From: Paraphysomonas bandaiensis
Lineage: Eukaryota > Protista > Chrysophyceae
Assembly (NCBI GenBank): GCA_965644295.1
Contig: CBFFRP010000125.1
Span: 175,005-239,004, forward strand
Reading direction: 5' to 3'
DNA: 64,000 nt
The notes beneath the pieces are model-generated. The model had not been told where the DNA came from. It made no database searches and was given only the letters and a program-made list of their open reading frames with translations. Of this stretch, positions 58,851-64,000 are shown in pieces (the stretch's first letter is position 1; every line of letters begins with the position of its first letter). The position numbers were made by a program, and so were the translations under genes.

Positions 58851-60851
58851 TAGTGAATGTCTGATTATTTAGCAATAGGCGTTGAGACCTTGCATCAATT
58901 AGTGGCTAGAAGAATGCTAGTCATACTAGTTAGACCACTACCCGTAACTAATCAATACAAACTCTTTTATCCTACTATTTAACGCTACGAAAGCTGCTTG
59001 TGCGTCGCCGCAAGCACCAAGGTGCAACCACTTCCGTTCTTTTTGTGTGATATGAAATTCGCCTTTATCGTGTGTCCGTGGACTCACCGGCGCTTTTGAT
59101 CTGGGGGTCTCCCTTTGGGATGGGTCTCCATTGGTTTTGGAGGGGGCTCAGCATTCTGAATTAGGGTCCTGAGTGCACCTAGTTCCAGATGTGTGGGTTG
59201 GGAGTGGTGGGGATTGTTGGGAGGAGGAGTTGGGTTTGTAGTATGTGTTACTGTGCTCCTGTGGGGCCGCGGGTGTAGATAGAGTTGTCGAAGCCGTCGG
59301 CGTTGTGGAGGTCTGGGCAGTCCAGTGCTCTGTCGGGTAGGACCTGTGAGGTGTGCACGTGTGTCTGGAGTCGGATACGCTGTGGGGGGTCTTCGTTGGA
59401 CCCCTAGTAGTCGAAGGACTCTCGGACGTTGTCTTGACTGACTGCGTTTCGGACGGGGTCTCGGGAGTAGCCTGGGCGGCCTTTTGGACATGGTGATATA
59501 GCGACAACCGCGATCCTGTAACATAAGCTTCGCTGCAGTGTAAAGCGGTTGCAGGAGATTAATAACCACTGTTTCTAGGTTCCGTAGACTGTGAGCCGTC
59601 AGGTGGTTGTGTATGTCATCTCCGAAGACCGTTTCCAGTTGGGCTGCTGTGATGGTTCCAGTCCAGTATCTCTCGACCTGTGGGATGGAGGGATTCCAGG
59701 CTCTGCTGGAGAGTCTCCGTAGTGCAGATGTGATCCAGTTGGGTAAGGTCTGAGTTCTCTGTATTTCGTGTAGCACATTTTTATGCGATTGAAATGCAGT
59801 TTCCCTTATTTGGGTGATGGATTCATGTGTGCAGTCGAGGCACATATGTTTTAGGGAATCTAGTCGAAACCCGCAGTCAGAGCATGCGGCTTTGGTCAGG
59901 TCAAGCCCCTGTTTGGTTTTGGCCCGGTTCCTCCCTATGCAGAAAGATTTGTCCCATGTCAGTGCCGTGTTGAGAATTCTTTGGCGTAGATTTGAGCTGA
60001 GTTTGTCTTTGGATGCACTGCCATCCGCTTGAGCTAGTTTGCGCGGGAGGTGTACTCCGCTATTGGTCCAGTAGCCAGGCGCTCGATCAGGATTGTTTCC
60101 GTAGCGTTGATCTCTGGTTGAAGTGTAGTTCTCAAGTGTCCTTAGGTCGCAGAGATCTTGGAAATCAGTAAGGAGTGGGCTAGAGTAGTATGGCCGTCTT
60201 GTACTGTGCAAACGCCAGTGCCATAATCCAGCGGTTAGTAAGCGTTCAATGGCACTGTCAATCGCAATTGTACAGACAGTGTAGTTATTTTTTCCAAGGA
60301 TGCGATCGACTTCATGCCAGTCTTCACCCGCGACTGCGTCCGCAATATAGATGCCCTTGTCCTCAAACGTCCACTCCGTTTCATCTGTGGTACGTCGTTC
60401 GGGATGGGACCTCACCCAGGTCACCTGTCGTTTGCAATCTCTACTGGCCGCGATGCTTTCGAGTAGTACCCCTTTTGCACGGTGACCGAGAGCTCTGCGT
60501 CTTGTGGAGAGTGCTTCCTCAGTACGGGTGCACACTGCCTGACAGTCTGTGTGGCTTCTTATGTGTTCGGGAATGCGTGTTGAGAGTATAAGCCCCATGG
60601 CTGTGCCTATGAGTTCATATGCGTATGAGTCCAAACCTGGCACATCACGAAAGGGTGTATCTAGTCGTAGTATTATGGTTGTACCATCTTCCCAGGCATT
60701 TTCTGGGGGTAAGTAGACGACCGCTGCACCTCCTCGGTGTGTCCATCGTGTTCGCGGATTGACATGAGTGAGGCGACGCGTGGAGAGCGCACTGGCTGTG
60801 TATGATCCATCTGTGAAGATTGCCTTGAAAGTATCTGGTTGGACGCTATAA
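58851..60851 (-). mobile_element. 3' part of an RNase-H-encoding non-LTR retrotransposon (LINE), interrupted at ~60851
   Basis: Frame is open from ~60850 to 59084: IFTDGS, YAYELIG, HTDCQ, WVRSHPE, IADAVA (RNase H), then CSDC..DSLKHMCLDC zinc knuckle; 3' UTR ends CATTCACTA. Confidence 0.88.
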
Positions 60852-61054
60852 GCAAACTTTTTTCAAACTTGGGAAAAATTTCTAAATTTGGGACTTTTTA
60901 AAAAATTCATCATGAAAACCTCATGTTTATTGATGATATAATTTAGACAGAGGTAATGTTATAGAAGTAAGTGTTACTAAGTGTATGATATAGATATACT
61001 ATATAGATATATGATATATGTATTATTATTATATAATATGAATACTCTTCTCTA

Positions 61055-61606
61055 CTAATAACTATAATTTTCAATTCTCTTCCTGTTACGTTTACCAATG
61101 AGTACAGGCGCAGCTCCAACCGCTCCTGTGTCTACCCAATCCGTATTTGGAACAACTTCGATATCCCACCTACCTGATGTATTCGTTTTCTTCTTTCCGG
61201 AGGGTTTTATTGCAGGTTTCAACTCTTTCTGCCTTATACCTCTGATAATTTCACCATCTATAAATTCTATATCATACCTACCATCTTTATATCCAATAAC
61301 ACTACCATTGAAATTATATATATTTCTAATCTTCTCACCAACAGCATATAGTTGCAAATCATCACTACTACAACTACTATCACTGGAATCAGATTCATAT
61401 CTTTCTGAAGCCTGAGTTTTATCGACAACAACGCTATCCCTTGAGCTGCTGTAATTATCAACACAATCTTCCTCATCACTGATATCTGAAAGCTGAATAG
61501 TCTTGTGTCGCTTCCTTAAATTTTTAATCCTCCTTCCCTTATTTTTTCGCCGACTTATCATACTACTCGCGGTTTCAAATTGGTTATCCACCTCTGCGGA
61601 CGACAT
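61055..61606 (-). CDS. Tudor/SH3-like + CHZ-like motif protein with a basic/acidic N-terminus (TE cargo)
   Basis: 183-aa ORF; YAVGEKI..GSVIGYKDGRYDIEFIDGE; WVDTGAVGAAPVLIGKRNRKRIENY. Confidence 0.7.
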   Translation of the reverse strand: MSSAEVDNQFETASSMISRRKNKGRRIKNLRKRHKTIQLSDISDEEDCVDNYSSSRDSVVVDKTQASERYESDSSDSSCSSDDLQLYAVGEKIRNIYNFNGSVIGYKDGRYDIEFIDGEIIRGIRQKELKPAIKPSGKKKTNTSGRWDIEVVPNTDWVDTGAVGAAPVLIGKRNRKRIENYSY

Positions 61607-61803
61607 AGAATCCGTATCGAAGCAGAGACTGAAATGACTGAGTGTTCTGGATTGGATGGGTGTGGTGCATCTTTCCCAGTGAATGAGAAAGGTTCTGACG
61701 GCGTTTATGCAAAGCTCTGTGCAGCGTGCTATTCCAAACAGAGTGGTAAGTCATCATAAAATATATAAATACAGTTAATTCAATATAGTGATGTCTGTGT
61801 ATT

Positions 61804-63791
61804 ATGTTTTCAGCTAAAAATGATGCTACTTCAAGCAGTCCAGTTAATGAGGTACCCGAAGAAGACAAGTCCAGTGATGATGAACGAGTGATTAATCGTG
61901 CCGAAAGCTTTTATGAGGATGAAGATTCAGATCTATCTGAAGATGATTCTGCCAAGGTAAACAATTGCGGCAAATCCATTGGTGGTGTGCTAAGCAATGT
62001 ACTACATACTGAGGTGAGACACTGCTGTGTATACTACATAGAGTATAGCGATATATGTATGTACGATGTATGTATGTATGTATGTATGTATGTACGATGT
62101 ATGTATGTATGTATGTATGTACATGGAGGTATGTATGTATGTATGTATGTATGTATGTGTGTACGTATGTATGTATGTATGTGTGTATGTATGTATCTAT
62201 ATACACCATGTATGAATGTTATGTATGTTTGTAAGCTGTTGTCTATTCATGAATATGTGTTATTATCAGGGACTAAGCCGGTACGACGTCGTGGTTTCAG
62301 GATACGACCTCGCTTTTGAAGCTTTCGTGAATGACCAAGACCACGTTACCGGAAAAACAAAGAAATTTTTTCAACTTATTCCAAACCCGACGCCGTTACT
62401 ATTCGGATACAAGCATTACCACGGCATCGTAGATTTGAAGACTGGACGGGGTTGGTTATGTCACACTCGCCTCAAATCAACAATTTCTTCTAGTCAGGCA
62501 GTTGAAGGGGATGGCTGGATGCTCTGGGAGATTTGGGAGACAAGATGTGATCGTCCTCGTCTTGATGGGATTCTGTTGACTAACGACGGGAATGCCGTAC
62601 GGATTAAAAATTTACAGAGATGGTTGCTTAAATACCAACTATCTTGCGATTTAAATTCTGTATACGATGTGGAATTTTTTACCCAGTAAGTATATTATTA
62701 ATATTTTGTGTCCACTTGTTTATTTTTAATAACAAATTCTTTTAACTTTATGACTTTTAGAGTGTTCGAAACATATATTAAAGTCAATAGATGGCAGTAT
62801 GACTCTTCTAGAGGTATCTCTATCAATACCAAAAATCCTATGAAAGCGCGGGACAGAACTGTCCTTCCAAAAGAAACTATAAATCTAGACGGAGTAGCTG
62901 AAGGAGCACGCCACGTACACGGGTCCAGTGTAAAATCGTCTAGGCTTCTAAAGAAGAAGCTGGTGACATCAAAAAATGATGATGAGGTAGTCGTAGTTGT
63001 TCCTGTGTCCACGAAGGAGAGGAAGAAGAAAAGAAAAAAGGAAACCCCTCAATCGAGTTCAAAAAAAAATTTGCCTCCAAAATGGGATTGCAAGCACTGT
63101 GATATCCTTAGTGCTTCTGTAAATAAGCATCGTGGAATGGCCCTAAATGGAGGAATTGCTTGGGTAATGGTAGAAAAAGAGACTGGTTTTGATAAGGTAG
63201 TATAATATATATTATGTTTTTTCGAAGTTACATTATAAATGTTACTTACTAGCTATGGTTTAGGCTCAGTGTCAATACCAATGGAAGAAGATGTCAAAAG
63301 ACGATGAAGGTAAGAAGAACTGCGTGCCTTTCAAAGAGAAGCAGCCTATTGTTGAAGATTTGGTGTCCGATGATGTAGTAGAGGAGGAGTGGAAAGTGGG
63401 AAGAAGGGAGAACGTTCGCAATGTTCGCAGTGAGATACTGGATCAGCAGGAGAAGACGATTTTATCGTTGACGGAAATGGTGAGGCATCAACAGGAACAA
63501 ATTGATGCCCTCATTGCCAAAGAACAAGTTCGCCCTGCCGATACTTCTAAGCCGAACTGCTCGCGAAAGAGGAGCGTTCATGATGATGAAGATTCAATAA
63601 CTTCCGAAGCCGACGAGGAGGACTACAGAAGTAAGAAGAATAAATCAAAACGACGAAAGAGGAGAACGAAGGGATTGAAGAAATTTGTTGATGAAGGTAC
63701 TCTTGTTATGCTTGCTCAACAAAATTCAGTAATTGATGATAACTGCAAAATGAAAAAAGAAATTAACCGTTTGCGTTTCTTGCAATCGTAA
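61804..63791 (+). CDS. Unknown multi-exon protein with NLS-like basic tracts, a Cys/His cluster and coiled coils (TE cargo)
   Basis: Four ORF segments joinable at GT-AG introns (the first intron contains (GTAT)n); KERKKKRKK, CKHC..H..C..C; no transposase motif recognised. Confidence 0.65.
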
Positions 63792-64000
63792 GTTTAATGA
63801 GTATTGTCTATTGTATTTTGCATGCAGCAATAACAATAAAGTAATAAACATGTTAAGAACCTAAAAACAGCTTGATAATATTACCTTACTTTTATCAACA
63901 TTCAAGCTGCTGTATAACTTTTCTTAAAATATGTATATTCAACTAGAAATCATTAATGAAAATATTTGGGAAAAATTTTTTCCCAAGTTTGAAAATAGTT

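Larger units (their letters stand above)
60852..64000. mobile_element. TIR element carrying two divergent genes; right end reaches the window edge
   Basis: AACTTTTTTCAAACTTGGGAAAAA (60855-60878) versus TTTTTCCCAAGTTTGAAAATAGTT (63977-64000), one mismatch; the left end coincides with the break in the LINE ORF. Confidence 0.75.

Noticed and set aside
59084-60643. Stand-alone 519-aa gene starting at 60643
   Set aside because: The start is a GTG inside a frame that continues upstream to the TIR insertion; it is the C-terminal part of a LINE ORF

Overview
Eukaryotic genomic DNA with the standard code and many short (mostly ~35-90 nt) GT-AG introns. The calmodulin sequence and a CFAP97-domain gene suggest a flagellated stramenopile (inference). 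About 17 host genes are supported: a cNMP+GAF class-I-like PI3K that runs off the left edge, calmodulin, a zf-4CXXC-type protein, a PKG-architecture kinase, PIG-Y (absent from the ORF track), an EF-hand protein, a hybrid histidine kinase with degenerate catalytic motifs, a YrhK-like protein, an SVOP-like MFS transporter, VPS72/YL1, SDHAF4, YaaA, a Cof-type HAD hydrolase, EngB, a CFAP97-domain protein, a PAQR protein and hypotheticals. They are interleaved with many mobile elements. Main leads: (1) a ~500-bp non-tRNA SINE/SIDE-like family whose 5' end folds like a variant HDV-type ribozyme and whose 3' tail is shared with an RNase-H-bearing LINE in the same window; (2) a TIR element with no recognisable transposase, inserted into that LINE and carrying a Tudor-like + CHZ-like gene that has a second, diverged copy 10 kb away; (3) a 3-kb foldback element in a (GTAT)n tract; (4) several MITEs with clear TIRs and TSDs. 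All calls were made by eye, with no database searches.
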